DNA of 64,000 nucleotides from Tubulanus polymorphus. Lineage: Eukaryota > Animalia > Nemertea. This document shows, piece after piece, positions 1 to 12,837 of this stretch. A program made the position numbers and the translations under genes. Location: positions 8,482,275-8,546,274 of the forward strand of contig NC_134032.1 in assembly GCF_964204645.1 (NCBI RefSeq), in the 5' to 3' direction. The stretch's first letter is position 1, and each line of letters starts with the position of its first letter. The notes below the pieces were generated by a model that saw nothing but the letters and a program-made list of their open reading frames with translations, was not told where the DNA came from and made no database searches.

Positions 1-1
1 G

Positions 2-3000
2 GATTACGGCGAGGATGCATCGGAATGCGGTCAGGACCTCGTCGACGGGTGTTTTAATTTCGCGTCGATGTCCGGGAGGAAGTTGTCGTCGATCGACGAG
101 TTGGAGGTCACGTACATGCAGCTACACGATCGTGACAATCTAATGAAAGATAAATTTCGCAATGTCGCTGCGTCTTCGTCGAACTCGTTTGGGAGTCATT
201 TGGACTCTGGCAGTCGTATAGACTCCGGATTTCACAGCGCGATATCCGAGCTGGACGACACCGGCGCCTCGTTGCCCCCGACCTCGAGTCGCGTACGAAA
301 AGACTCCCTGTGCAGTCCTGCTTATAAGACACAGCGGTTGGAGCCGGCGACTCCTAAGTCGACCCGAAAGACTCAGGCAGAAGTGTCGGTTCGCCTTTCG
401 TTCGATGATATTTGCTTGAAGTCGAATGATTCGGTGGTGTTGGCTGTGAAGAGCCCTGAGTCGATAGGAGAATGCTGTACAAAAAAGACCGTTCGCCGGT
501 CGGAGAAGACTCCAGCCGATGTGTCAGTTAGATTGTCATTCGATGAAGTCCCTCTCAGAAATGACTCGAACTATAAGTCGGGGGAGTCGACTATGAGCAG
601 CGGGGAAAAGTGCGGTCATAATATGGAACGAATTCCGATCGATGGTTGTTCTGATTCGAAAACATCGGAGCCATCGAAGTCGACTTCGTCAGTCAGCGCT
701 GTGAAAAAATGTTATCTGCGATACGCTTCTAAGTGCGGCGTATCGTTGGAGTCGACTTCGAAAGGTCGTCATCAGTTTGCGAAGACTCCCGGCGATGTAT
801 CGACGTGCAATTCATCGAACAGTTGTCATCCAAAGACTCCGGCCGATGTGGCGGTGCGTCTGTCGTTCGAGGACGTGTTGCGTATGCATTCCCCGCGCGA
901 CCCAGCGAATTTGATCGGACGCAAGATGGGCGTCGATCGGGTGGACGTGGTCGCCGAGCTCGACGTTCGCAACGTCGTCGGCTGCCTGCGCGCGATACTG
1001 GCTGGTCTCGACGGCGCCGATCTGTGTCGGATGGCGGCGGTCAGTCGTACGTGGCGGCGAGTTTGTCTGAACGATTCGACGGCGAATAAACGCCGCGTCG
1101 ATCATCTGAACGAGCTCAACGCGAAACACGCCGAACTCGGGAAGGTTAGCGTTTAATTCGAATGCATCGAAGTCGCGGGGCGAAACGCGGCGGACGAAAC
1201 AACGTCGAAATTTTGTTTCGCCCGATCAGGGTCCCCTGCGTTTCCTTTGCAAACTCCTAAAGGGATGATTCATTTATTACGTACGCATGAAATTTGAATT
1301 TTTCAACCCCCCTCTGAACGCAAAATCGGCCATTTAATCATATACATTAAGCATTACAGTACGCAATTGCACTGACCCCCTCCCCTAATCTGTACGTAAT
1401 AAATGAATGACCCCAAACCGATTATGAAATCATTGAAAACTTAGATTTCTTCTCTCCGCAGGAAAATTACGGCTCGTCGATGAAGAAAAAGCTGAATCGA
1501 TCTCCGTCTAAAACGGTGAAGGATTCGTTGAATCGTAAAGCGCTGGCGTATCGGATCATACAACCGACGGTCGATCCTTCAATGCCGGCCGGGATCGCCG
1601 GTTTACAGTCACCCACTAAAACATGCAGTCGTTATCAGTTATATATGCAGGTTAGTACCCTGTGGTCTTATAGTAAAGACTCCGCCTTACTACGGAGAGA
1701 GGAGCCTAGGAAGGCCTATCGATTTAAATTTTTTGGTTTACCTTTGTCAGCAGTATGAGGTTGGCATTGAGCCAATACATGTAAAATCGCGGTACGTTTT
1801 TTTATGTGAGCATATTTAGCCCACTTGGGACTTTAGTCCCAGCGGGCTATTGCGTTCACTTTTCGGCCGTCCGTAGACGGAATCCAGTTATTTTGGGAAG
1901 TTTTGAAGACGCTTCAAGGTAATGTCTTGATATTTGGTTTACACATGTATCTACCCTAGACACATCTTCAGCCCAAAAACTGGCCATGTCAGATTCAAGA
2001 TGGCCGACTGGCAGCCATTGTTGTTTGCCGAAATCAGCACTTTTTACACGTTTTTGAACTTTTTGAGGGAAATTTTGAAGATGCTTTGATCAATTACCTC
2101 GATCTTCTGTATATATTTGAATCCCCCCAGGGCCCACAAGCATTACAAAAATTGGGTCGGTCGCACTCAAGTAGGCCGTCCTATGACCTTTTTAGTGCCC
2201 AAAAATGTCAATTTTGGCCCGAATTCTGAGTACTGGTTCCTACTGGTTTGCCATTTCTCATTGAAATTGCTGATGGGTATTCTTTGGAAAGGGATATTTT
2301 ATACCTGAGACAGGTATTTTTGATCAGCCATTTGTGACGCAATTGGGGGTCATCTTGGTGTTTTCAGTACTCATTCACCGGTGGGAAAAAGATTTTCGAC
2401 ATTTTATTGATACCTAAGCATATTTTGTCACCACGATGAATTATGAAGTTGTAGCTTAACGTGTTCTATGATTGTGGTTAGCTTCAAGGTCATTGGTTTT
2501 GTATATGGCCACCAGGGGGCGTTGAATAATACTGTATCTTAGTATTTCTATATTATATTTGTACCCATGCATATTTAGTTGCCACAATCAATTGCAGTTG
2601 TAGCTCATGACATCGTCTATGATTGTGGTGAGGTTTAAGGACATTAGTTATTCTATATGGTCACCAGGGGGGTGTTGAATAGTAGAATAACTTAGTATTT
2701 CCTTATTATATTGGTACCTAGGCATATTTTGTTACCATGGTCAATTGCAAAGTTGTAATTCATGACATGTTCTATGATTGTGGTGAGTTTCAAGGTCATT
2801 GGGTTAACCACGTTTAGGAATTTAACGTTTAATTTCTTTTCACGTCTTGTAGGAGGCAAGTAAATTAAAAGTCGACGAAACATTGAAGAAATGTCCGCGG
2901 TGTTTGTGTCCGTCGTTGATGAAGCCGGCCGAAGAGCGCGGCTGCTGCACGCGTGACAGCTGTCGCTATGACTACTGCGTGCGTTGTTTGTGCACATACC

Positions 3001-3122
3001 ACGGAGCCGAACCGTGTCGACTATCGTCGGTGGTAACGGCGGCGAAGACGCCGACGAAGTCGACCGGCGGCACGCGAGCGGTCGGCACGAAGAAGAGCAA
3101 GAAGAACTTGCGAAGACTTTGA
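2..3122 (+). CDS. FBXO43: Emi1/Emi2 (FBXO5/FBXO43, Rca1)-family F-box APC/C inhibitor, 5'-partial; exons <2-1144, 1462-1650, 2853-3122
   Basis: The frame is open from base 2. Motifs: DSGFHS beta-TrCP-type degron (221-238); LIGRKMG..VD lead-in and F-box (LRAILAGLDGADLCRMAAVSRTWRRV); C-terminal zinc-binding region (CPRC..C..C.YDYC.RC.C.YH...C); terminal KKNLRRL* RL-tail. GT/AG junctions at 1145/1461 and 1651/2852 are both phase 0 and in frame. It is probably co-orthologous to both FBXO5 and FBXO43. Confidence 0.92.
1261..1414. mobile_element. MITE (PIF/Harbinger-like termini)
   Basis: Terminal inverted repeat ATTCATTTATTACGTAC / GTACGTAATAAATGAAT with GGG/CCCC ends. Confidence 0.6.
1815..2810 (+). 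mobile_element. HINE/DINE-type (Helentron-associated) element, 3'-truncated copy in the Emi-like gene intron
   Basis: Closely similar to 51893-52920: 5' TTTAGCCCACTTGGGAC, short GTCC tract and ~154-bp internal repeats. The 3' subterminal repeat is missing. Confidence 0.8.
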
Positions 3123-3628
3123 TCGTCGTTGTGACTTAGAACCTCGGGTGTCTAGACTTTTCACTGGTAAAACCGGTCAATAAGTACGAGAGCTTTCTGA
3201 CCAACCGCTTTCACGAGACACCTTACTCAGTGGTACAGTCGAATCTGCTTAAACCTCAGTGATCGGGTCCATTTCACTGGCCCTGGGAGGAAATGATCCG
3301 TATTCTGCGTGCAGCTGAAGAGAAAGAGTTGTCGTTAGCATTTATATCCAGTACGTACAACCAATTTCTCGTCCTCGCTTGATTGACTTCGAAGTCAAAT
3401 TTTATCACAGGGTCCCTACAATTCGTTGATTCCTTAAAAGGCTCCTTCTAAACAGAAAATGTTTAAAAAGGCCCTAGAAGCTCCTTTGCAAAATGCCCAA
3501 GACTCCTTTGATTTTGAGAAATGGGCAATTATATATGTCAGTTGTATGTACAGAAAGCTTTTGGACCACGATTTTATTAACGAAAATAGAAATTAGTTAC
3601 CGGGTTAGTGTAAAGGATAAACCGACTG

Positions 3629-3738
3629 GGCCCAGTTTTATAGTCAGGTATTTACTTTAAACTAGGGGCTTACTTAATTCATTTTCAATTGAGTTAGCCC
3701 CTGGGTTAAAGTTATTTCCAGTCTATAAAAACTGGGCC
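3629..3738. mobile_element. Harbinger-like MITE with CTG target-site duplication
   Basis: TIR GGCCCAGTTTT(T)ATAG; CTG at 3626-3628 and 3739-3741. Relatives at ~29917-30028, ~35815-35922 and 43047-43165 (CAG TSD). Confidence 0.7.
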
Positions 3739-4390
3739 CTGAATTACCAGTTTGCCGAGATAAACAGTACCGATTTAAGAAGAGTCTTTTGGGATATGAA
3801 AGTAATGTGGGCACTTCCTTGAAATTTTCTCCTTGAAAACTCCTTACGTCCGAGAATGACCGTTCCGTGGGGACCCTGTATCCGTTTAGATCCATGCGTG
3901 TGTACGGGTTTATATTTTCGCACGCTCGATCGTTACGATTTCTGACCAATTTTAAGGAATTTGTCATTTGTTGTCAATTCGAATAACGGTCGGCTCAGTT
4001 TTTAATGCGTTCGTTTTGCCACGCTGTTCTGCGCGTGTGTGTTTCATATCGTATTCAAGCTGTGTTTCTGCCTTTAGATTTTAAGATTTTTCAGTTTTAA
4101 AAGGATTTAATCGTTCGAAAGTTTTGAGAGATAATGTAATTTCGGTTCTCACAAAATGTAGTCGTTATATGTAGAAAGTTTCCGTTATTTAGATGTTCAC
4201 TGGAGGGATAGGACATGGGTCGTGTATTCGATTACAGCCCAGGCTAATTAGGGAACCAACAGGAAGGGGTTAACGTTTCTATCACATTGATAGATTTTAA
4301 ACTGTACAAATTTAAGTTAAGATACGCATTTATTATTATTACTATTAGATAAATATTAATATTACCGATGATTATTATAATTCTTTACAT

Positions 4391-4439
4391 ATTTTTATAT
4401 TGTTCATGATTTTTGAGTAGTATATATGAGAAAAATAAA
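4391..4439 (+). promoter_or_regulatory. Putative poly(A) signal with upstream CPE-like element of the Emi-like gene
   Basis: TTTTTAT at 4392-4398 and AATAAA at 4434-4439, followed by a T/GT-rich tract. Confidence 0.5.
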
Positions 4440-5863
4440 GTTTTCTATTCTTAAAATTAGAGTTTTGTTTTTCGTATTCTTTTTTAAGAAAGTGAGGACC
4501 GTTCTGGAATACTGATTACTCGTCTAACAATGTCCACCCGGCAATCGTCTGATGCCATAACAGGGATCATAGTCTCCGTGACATTTGAGGACCTTTTTGG
4601 GCCTGATTCAAATTGTCTATCAATCAGGCCTTGGGAGACATGTCCTAGACTAAACTAGATAGACCGCTTAAAACGACCCTCGTTCTCCACATATCATTCT
4701 TACCAGGCTAGTGTACTGGGCCAAATACTACAATGCCAATGACCAGATCTGATGTAATGTAGGCCTCGGCAACAGATTATATGCAACCAAAGCTTTAAAA
4801 TGTATTGTGGCAAGGCAGATGCCATCGCCATGAACAGGATTCTAGAGGCCATTCCATGACTCAAAACCTTGAGTTGACCCATTCGCTTTCAAGGACTGTT
4901 ATGGACCCTCAGGGGCGCCAGAACCACTCCCACCCAAATTTGGGCAAAGATTTATTGATGTTTTGAAAACATTTTTGGATCTTGTGTGCATGACTTAAGT
5001 ATCGCGACAAGTGAGTGGATCACCGAATCTAAAAGCTGTCTGATTGGTCAGAGGCCCCAGCTTGAAAATCTATCCGTGGTAGGTCCAATGCTTGCATTGT
5101 TCCTGCACCCATTACCCTGCCATAAGTGATTTTGTTATTGTAACTGTTTGACAACTCATCTCTATCAGGGCAATTCTTTAAGGCGTGCTACTTTTTCAGC
5201 ACCAATAGTGCCGTATAATGCTACAGACAACCCATAGTCACGGAGTCTCCTCAAAAATGCTCTACCACTGAAATTAGTTGAATTGAATGTAAGTTTGACG
5301 ATATTGAGGCTGTAAGTGGATCGCAGAAGAATCGTGGAAAAATTCACTTCAAAACAAGCATTCAGGCAAAAAGAAATATCAGGGGATCCTGGGGATTTAT
5401 TTTTCCCGCAGTGAATTCTAACTTCTTTCGTGGGTGAAAATCCTTGTCCTTGCTGGTGATGAGTCATACCAGCAAGTTTTAGAAAAAGAACTGGCTCCCA
5501 CAATGGATATCTCATGAGATGATCGGGGAATTTGCGGATTCCCTAATCTACGAGCACCCTCGGCTCATTGACTGGATGAATTAAGTTGGTCGATTAGTCA
5601 TGGCTTAGACTTAAGACCAGTCTAAGACCAACTTAGTTATATAGCCACTCACAACTTACAACCAGTCTTAAGATTTTAGACCTCTCTTGGACTTATGTCA
5701 GGACTGTACAACTGAAAGTTAATACCGGTCTATAAAACATGCCCCACAAACACATCTGCATAAAACTCATTCTCCTGAATTGACCTGAGTTAAAACACAG
5801 ATATAGTAAAACAAAAATTCAGCTCAACAATTTACGTATTTTATTTGTAACTATAAAACAGTT

Positions 5864-8800
5864 TTATTCGACACTCATCGCGGCGGTTGAAGGTTGCGTG
5901 GAGACGTCGTCGCGACACTTCGATTTAACGAGTTCTCGTCTGATCTCGGGAGTGATTTGCTCGTGCGTGTGCGCGCGTAGTACCTCCAGTAACATGTCCT
6001 TCTGTTCGCTCGACACGTCCGTTTTATAACGCTGCACGAACGTCAGAAAACTCTGATGCCATAAAACGGGCAGTTCTCGTTTATCGTGAAGAAATCTGCG
6101 AAATAAAGAAGAAAAATAAAATTCAGCGACGAAACATTAGAATCAAAGACGCCTATTTAGAGGAGATTGCTTGAATCCCCCTATGACATCATCAAATAAC
6201 TGCTTATAGACACTTTCATGAAGGATGACTGCATCCATATGATGAGAGCTGCCAACTGTTTTTCTTGACGAGAAATACTGATTTGATTTGTTCGATGCAT
6301 ACGGAAATGATGTTGCCGAGGGTCTAACTGTTGATTACTGATTAATTGGACACATTTTCTTTCATGTTTCAATGAAATGTTACTGAAAAAATTCAATTTG
6401 TTACTGATAGCACTTTTCAGAGGTAGGCAGCCTTGTATGATTGGTAACATCATCCAATTACCCTTACACAGAACAAATTACTTCCCTGGTAATCTCCCAA
6501 TGACATCATCAAATTACCACCGGATACTTTAATCTCTGCCTGCCAATAAACCTTTTTGGCATTATCAAATTACATGTACTCCGGCAGACCCTTCGTTCCA
6601 GAAAAGATGGCTACCTCGGTCAAAACAAATGAAGGTATTCTGGATAAGTGCTCTGCAACGTCATCAGACCATCAATGGTTTACAAAAAATGGCTTTTATC
6701 TAGATGTTTAACGGAGATGAGGGGAGGAGAGGGTAGAGAGTAGGGGACGACGATGAGGGGGCGAACTTACTTGTAGAAGTGGTAAACGACGGCGTCGACC
6801 ACACGGAACGGTAACGCGTATTTTTTATCGAGCAGTACTCTCAGGAATATACTGTTTGCGCCGTTGTAGTCCATCTCGGCTACTTTCAAGATGGCCGCCG
6901 CTGAGTGCAACATCGGTATCGAACACTTGCCGAGCACGCTCGACAGAATAACCGCCTCTCGCAGCGTACACGTACCCGACTGAAATATACGAAATATTTG
7001 ACCGTTAAATCCGCTTATGACATATCGAGAATTGCTCCAAAAATATGGCTGGGAGTCCAGAAATGATCATACTACAGATACTTCAAGCAAAGATGGCGGG
7101 AACATGATAGAATTGATAAATAGATGGTGATTATCGAATTAACTCAACGTATATTTCCAGAAAGATGGCTCCCTCAATAAATTCCCTCTATGACATCATC
7201 TAACTAACACGATATATTCTAGGAAAGATGGCTGCATCCTTAAATCTCCCCCCCCCCCCCCCCCCGATGACATCATTGACACTTCATACACCTACCTCAC
7301 AGATCGGCAAGAGAATTCCTTTGAAAAATGCGGCAGGTTTGAAAAGCGCTTTCTTCAAGGCCTAAAAATAGCAATAACACATTGAGAAAATATTTTTGAT
7401 GTGCTTTATATTAGGTTCAGATTTGAGTGGAGTTTTATTCAGACTCCGTGGAGTCCGCCTAACAGTAGTAAATAGAAGCACCTATTGACTCTGCGAAGTC
7501 TTGGCCGCCGTACATACCATGTATAAATGAAAGTTGAGTCGCTTATATTCGACTATGTCGTCTCTGATTCGCGGTAGTAAAACCAGATTAAAAAACCGTT
7601 GCGCCATTTTGGCGTTGAGGTTTGATGTGAATATTCTGGTCGCCTGGTAGACCGCGGCGGCTGACCACGTGTCTGGTTCCGTAAGGTATAATATCTAAAA
7701 TAGAGAGGAATTTGTTTAGTAAGCGGCAGCCTGAAATCGGCACACCCTTCAGACATTCAGCACTGAAGTGCGAACAAACTGTTTTTGATAAGTAGTACAT
7801 TTTCTATCAATGGTGAATTCCTGAACACAAAAGTGACATGCGCGCGTTCAGTTTTTGAAAGTGTGCTGATAAAATGTCTAATGCCTGGTGTTTGTAGTTC
7901 ATTTCCGATTAGAAATTTCCTGGTATTTGTAGATCTGAACACCTGAGGTGAATGGTCAATTATTAGTTGAAATTGTCCCGACGAGAAATGCCTGCCTGGT
8001 GTTCGTAGTTCATTTTCAATTGAAGGAGACTCAGTTTAAGCGCTATTATACACATGTTAAGTCTGGATGATCACTATGAAAGAGTGCCGATTAAATGTCC
8101 GATGTTTGTAGTTCATTTTTAATTGAAAATGTCTGTATTGTCGGTATATTATTAATTTCGATTAAAAGATCATCGTGTTTACGTTGAAATGCTGGAAGTT
8201 AATTCAATCTTGAAAATTTAATTTGAGTCTTAACCCTTTCAGTGCGTCTACAGCGCAGTGCGGTGTACAAATCAGTGATGGATTTTGCTAGTACACTGCA
8301 CTGCGGTGTATCGATTTAATTAGTAATTACTAATTAGTTCTCTTGAAAGATGGCAGCACCTGTCAAACATAGTGAAATATTAATAACTAACGATACACCG
8401 CGCCAGGGTGTAGACGCTCTGAAGTGGTGTTATTCAACACACTAGGGTGGAATTTTTCAGAATTTTCAAATTATCTTCAGCACTATAGGGTATTAATTAG
8501 TCAGCACTGAAAGGGTTAATAACACTTCGTGAAACCAGCCATGCACCCGCCGTCAATGTAGTTCGTACCTGTTCCCAGTTGCGTAGGGCCGGTATTATTT
8601 TGAACGCTTTCGGTAGTTTTCCGCTGCGATATTTCTGTAATATCTGTTTGATGCTGCGGTAGATATTGACGACGCGGTCGTCCAACTGTTGCATTTGTAA
8701 ACTGTCCTGATCTAGAAATAAGAATTGAAATTCGATTAATCAAGGAGATATAGGAAATGAGATTCCTTAAATAGTAGAAAATGTGTTTTGTAAAAATACG

Positions 8801-11086
8801 ACTTTATCTAGGGTGGATCTAGGATTCTTCGAATGAAGTGGACCTGTGAATTGGGGCACTCAATTTGAAAAGGGCAGATTTGGTAGACTGCAAGCGAAAC
8901 ATCCGTCGTGGTTTTTGTTGGCCCTCCCACAGAAGATACAGGACAAAAAGGGACTTTTTCTGGTCCTTAACGGAGCATATATGAATTTATTTTTTGTCTT
9001 TTTAAGATTTTCTTTGCAAAAAATTTTTCTAAGATTTTTTTAAGAGCCCATTCCAATTTTGAAACGGTTGGACTAGTCGACCTGGTCTAAAATTTGCCCT
9101 TGCTACTCTTGGCAGTTGGTTTGCGTTCGACGCTTCGTACCTGTCATGACGGTTTGAATTTCCGTCTGTTTTTCAGTGATTTTTTCCATGATAATATCGG
9201 CGAGCGTTCGGCCCTGCGGAGCTTCTTTAGACATAAACATCTCCATCGCGCGTTCGTCGTCCTCGTCGATTTCCTACAAACATTTTTTTTGCAAGACATT
9301 TACAAATTTGATTTAGCGAAATCTTTCCTTTTTTGAACAAAATCTCACGCTAATGTTTGTTTTTGTTTAAGGCAAAATTTCAATTGTTGATTTTTCACAT
9401 ATAATTCTAAATACTATCAGGATCTGTCTTTATTCAATATGAAAGTGCCCCTTTCAAGGTCAAACATGCCATTTTTTCTTGAAATGGAACTGTCCCTCAA
9501 AAAGTTCCGAACATTCCTCAATAGTAGAATTAAACTAAATTTGGCTGTCTCAAAAAAATAAATTTTATGAATTAACTAAACATTATGAATAATTAAGGAC
9601 ACATAGGAACCCTGATAGAACTGAAAATAGTTGAAGTTATGAATTTTCGAACTCACGATCGCCTCATACTCATACTGCTCCTCATTTTCTGACAGATCAT
9701 CATCGTCGTCATCAGAATCTCTTCGCGTACTTCCGGTCGTGCCGCCTAGTGTCACCGTCTTCTGCTGCTTAGGTTTCTGTTTACTGCCGCTATGAAATCC
9801 ATAATGAAAACAGTTTACATTTCTAGAAATTGTGACCCCGAGCTGGAGGGCTGCACACAGTGTAATAAGCAATAGTTTTTATCCATTGATTTCAATTAGG
9901 ATCTGACTAATGATTAGAATTCGGTTCCAAGAGTTTCCTTTATAGAATTTCGAGGTTTAATTAGTGTGCTAATTTTGAACCTGTACATAAAGTTTACCAA
10001 TACGGCATATTTTAGTTAAAACTATATCGCCCATCTCTGGATCGAAAACGATTAGGCTTAGAAAATAGGGTCCTGTGAGATTTTAGTTTATATAGGTTTG
10101 GATTAGGGAAACAGCTGGGTTGGGAAAAGAATTAGATCGCGGGCTTTAATTCATTATAACTCTCAAGTTCAAGCTAGACCCGATGGTCTAGATTAATATC
10201 AGCATGGGTTCGAATCGTTCCTCCGAGGATGCTGACCTCTTGTCGATGCCATATTCCTCTTCTAGTTGTTGCTGTTGTTTTCGAGCTTGTTCCAGAATTC
10301 GCTTCGATAATTTATCGTCGACAAACTGAAATGAAACAACAATTCACCACTGAACAGAAAATTCACCTCTTGTTCAAACTGCAGCAATACAGAATGGTTT
10401 AGGGTCCATATTGTAAAGGGCAGCGAATTTTAGGGGTCTTAAGCCTGGGTGTAGTGTCAGTAACCTGTCTGTGGTTTAGAATCAAAATCGGGTATTTCTG
10501 CTGACTAGGTCTTAACTAGTTAGTAACCTATTCGTTGGTGGGAAGCTTTTTATGATCGGATGGGCTTATACCAACGTGAAAACATCCGATCTTGAATCTT
10601 AACCACAGACAGGTTACTGACTAGAGATTTAAACAAGGTCGAGTCCCAAATTTCGTGGTTATTATAGCGCTATTGCACTTTCGTACCCCCCTCCCAAAAA
10701 TTTTTATTTCTGCATATTATTTATCAGGGAGGTCTAGACAATCAAAATAAATTACTTTTCATGTCGAAATTCCAAATCTTTTTGGGACCGATTTTGAGGG
10801 CCAGATTTTTTAAAACCCTGGCCTGCCTCGAATGAACATTTTTGGGAGGGGGTACGAAAGTGCAATAGACCCGTTATTATTCTAATCTCGGTCATAATCA
10901 ATCCTTTTAATTAATTACCTGATCATCCGTATCAGTTTTTCTGACTCGATCCGTTTTCGCTCGACCCCCGGGAGTTCTCACTGATTTATCCTCCAACATC
11001 TGCTCTGATAGCGGCACACTACTATTATTCCCCGTAGTAGTTTCGACCCCTCCTCCTCCTCGGCGAGATTTCTTCGTTTTTCCCAT
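5864..11086 (-). CDS. BYSL: Bystin (Enp1); 9 exons: 11086-10919, 10325-10237, 9789-9657, 9273-9141, 8711-8569, 7694-7518, 7361-7296, 6979-6771, 6095-5864
   Basis: The spliced translation contains [102 protein letters not shown] and LPVLWHQ. All introns are GT-AG with consistent phases. A minus-strand AATAAA lies at ~5845-5840. Confidence 0.96.
6170..6670. repeat. Degenerate array of the dispersed CTATGACATCATCAAAT / AAGATGGCTGC repeat family
   Basis: Recurrent core motifs; the same family occurs at ~7090-7280, 21440-21940, 27545-28270, 31540-31770, 39140-39720 and 42570-43010. Confidence 0.7.
8234..8515 (+). mobile_element. piggyBac-type MITE
   Basis: TTAA|CCCTTTCAGTGC ... GCACTGAAAGGG|TTAA. 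Confidence 0.88.
10456..10621. mobile_element. MITE with 21-bp TIR
   Basis: GTCAGTAACCTGTCTGTGGTT ... AACCACAGACAGGTTACTGAC; partial copies at ~11572-11680 and ~18380-18499. Confidence 0.75.
10670..10868. mobile_element. MITE with ~30-bp TIR
   Basis: CTATTGCACTTTCGTACCCCCCTCCCAAAAA and its reverse complement at the ends. Confidence 0.75.
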
Positions 11087-12837
11087 CGTTTCAAGTCAGA
11101 AAATGTGTTTTTGACGGCGAAATTGCGTGAAAATTAAAAACACGACTTTCTGATAATCGACCGGTGCACCACCTATGATCGGGATTACTCGCTTGCCGCT
11201 TGACTAAGGAGCAACTAAAACGAGGACCCGGCTAATTTTAAAACGAACCCCACTGCAACCGGTGGCGGCTTGGTCGCGACCAAAGTTGCCGATCCCAGTT
11301 TCAGTTTTTGACGTAATTAGATTAATGCTGATGATCATGCTGAAGTTTGCATGAAAACTAGTATCATCTTGCCTTGAATTTTGTCCCAATGTAAGGAGAT
11401 TTGTCGTTCCCGGCTCTCCACACCAGAGTGTCCAACGCATCTCGGTGCCTCCTAGTGGTTTTAAACCACTTCAGAAGTATATTCAAAAAGTGGACTCCCA
11501 GATCTCCTACAAGATCTTCGCACCTTGGGCATTCGCAGGTACATCCTCCGAAGCAGAAGTGACTGGACCGTAGTCAGTAACCTGTCTGTGGTTTAGTTTC
11601 ACGATCGGATATTTTCACAAACCACGTTGGTAAAAGCCCATACGATTATAAAAAGCTTACCACCAACGATTCGGGTAACTAACTAAACGGACCAATGTGT
11701 TCTTCCAAAGGGTTCGTATATGAGGGTATTAATAAAACTATAATCCTGTGTCTTTGATATGTGGTAGACATATCACTAACAGATTATCGTTTTTACAGCA
11801 ACTTTGATGCCACATGTGAGTTTGGTCAAAAACGGATTGATCGGGCATTGAGAAATTCGCCATGAACTACTGGAATCCGGTTAATTTGGGACATACAAAA
11901 TTCACCCGGTTTACGGGAAATCCGGCTAAAAGTCATTTTCTTGTATGAACAAAATGGACTGGTTAGGCTAAAAAAAATTTATACCTTGTTTCTCCGCTCT
12001 GCTGAGCTTAAATGTTGACCCGGCCGGCCGCCTATCTACCCTATACATTACTTTTTTTTAAATCGTGATCAATTTTACCATAACAGACCCGGCCGCTATA
12101 GAAATGAACTGTTTATAAATTTTATCATATTTTACAAAAATGACCCGGCCGCTGCGGAGAAACAAGGTATCATTTTTGTTTAGCCTTAATACTGGTCGAA
12201 TTAAACCAAAATCCGGATTATGCTGATACGGATTAAGCGGGTTTGACTGTATCTGCATTCAATTTGATTTCATCTCCGTTCATTGAAACTGTCCAGCCGT
12301 GAATTCCACCATCAGTATTAAAGTTATTTTTGAGTTGTTAGGGAGAATAAGAAATCTTTTACGTTAGGCCTATGCTAATAGCACAGTTGCGGATCTCCCC
12401 TTTTTCGAAAATCCCAATTTCACACTCTGATCCGGAGTGTGACCTTGGAATTTTCTCCCGGAGGCATTTCGTTTAGAAAATGGTAATTGTGCGCATATAT
12501 CATTCCCAAGGGCAGATCCAGGGGCAGAATTTGACAGCCGTCTTTAATTGAAAAGGGCAACACTTGACGATCCATGTCGTCAAACCAGCGTCGAAGAAGG
12601 GGGCCGTTGGTCCTCTTCCAATACAATTTGAAAAATTGAAGCGTTGAGATGCAGATCTGAGAGGTCCAGAGCTATTTATGCTAAAAAAAAATTAGAATTA
12701 TTTTCAGTTCTATTCTTCAACATAAAATACAACAAATTCCCACAACATATACAGTAATACTTATGAAAATTGTTGCCGTTTAGTAAAATATAAGTCGCAC
12801 AATCACGAAATCGAAAAACGTTTAATATATCATACAA

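Noticed and set aside
5165-5515. Possible degenerate piggyBac transposase fragment (FLRRLRDYG...GTI)
   Set aside because: The resemblance is weak, the catalytic DN motif is absent, and it cannot be supported without a profile search.
6120-6197. Box C/D snoRNA in the last BYSL intron (TGATGA...CTGA on the - strand)
   Set aside because: The box C comes from the dispersed repeat core, and there is no terminal stem or recognisable guide.
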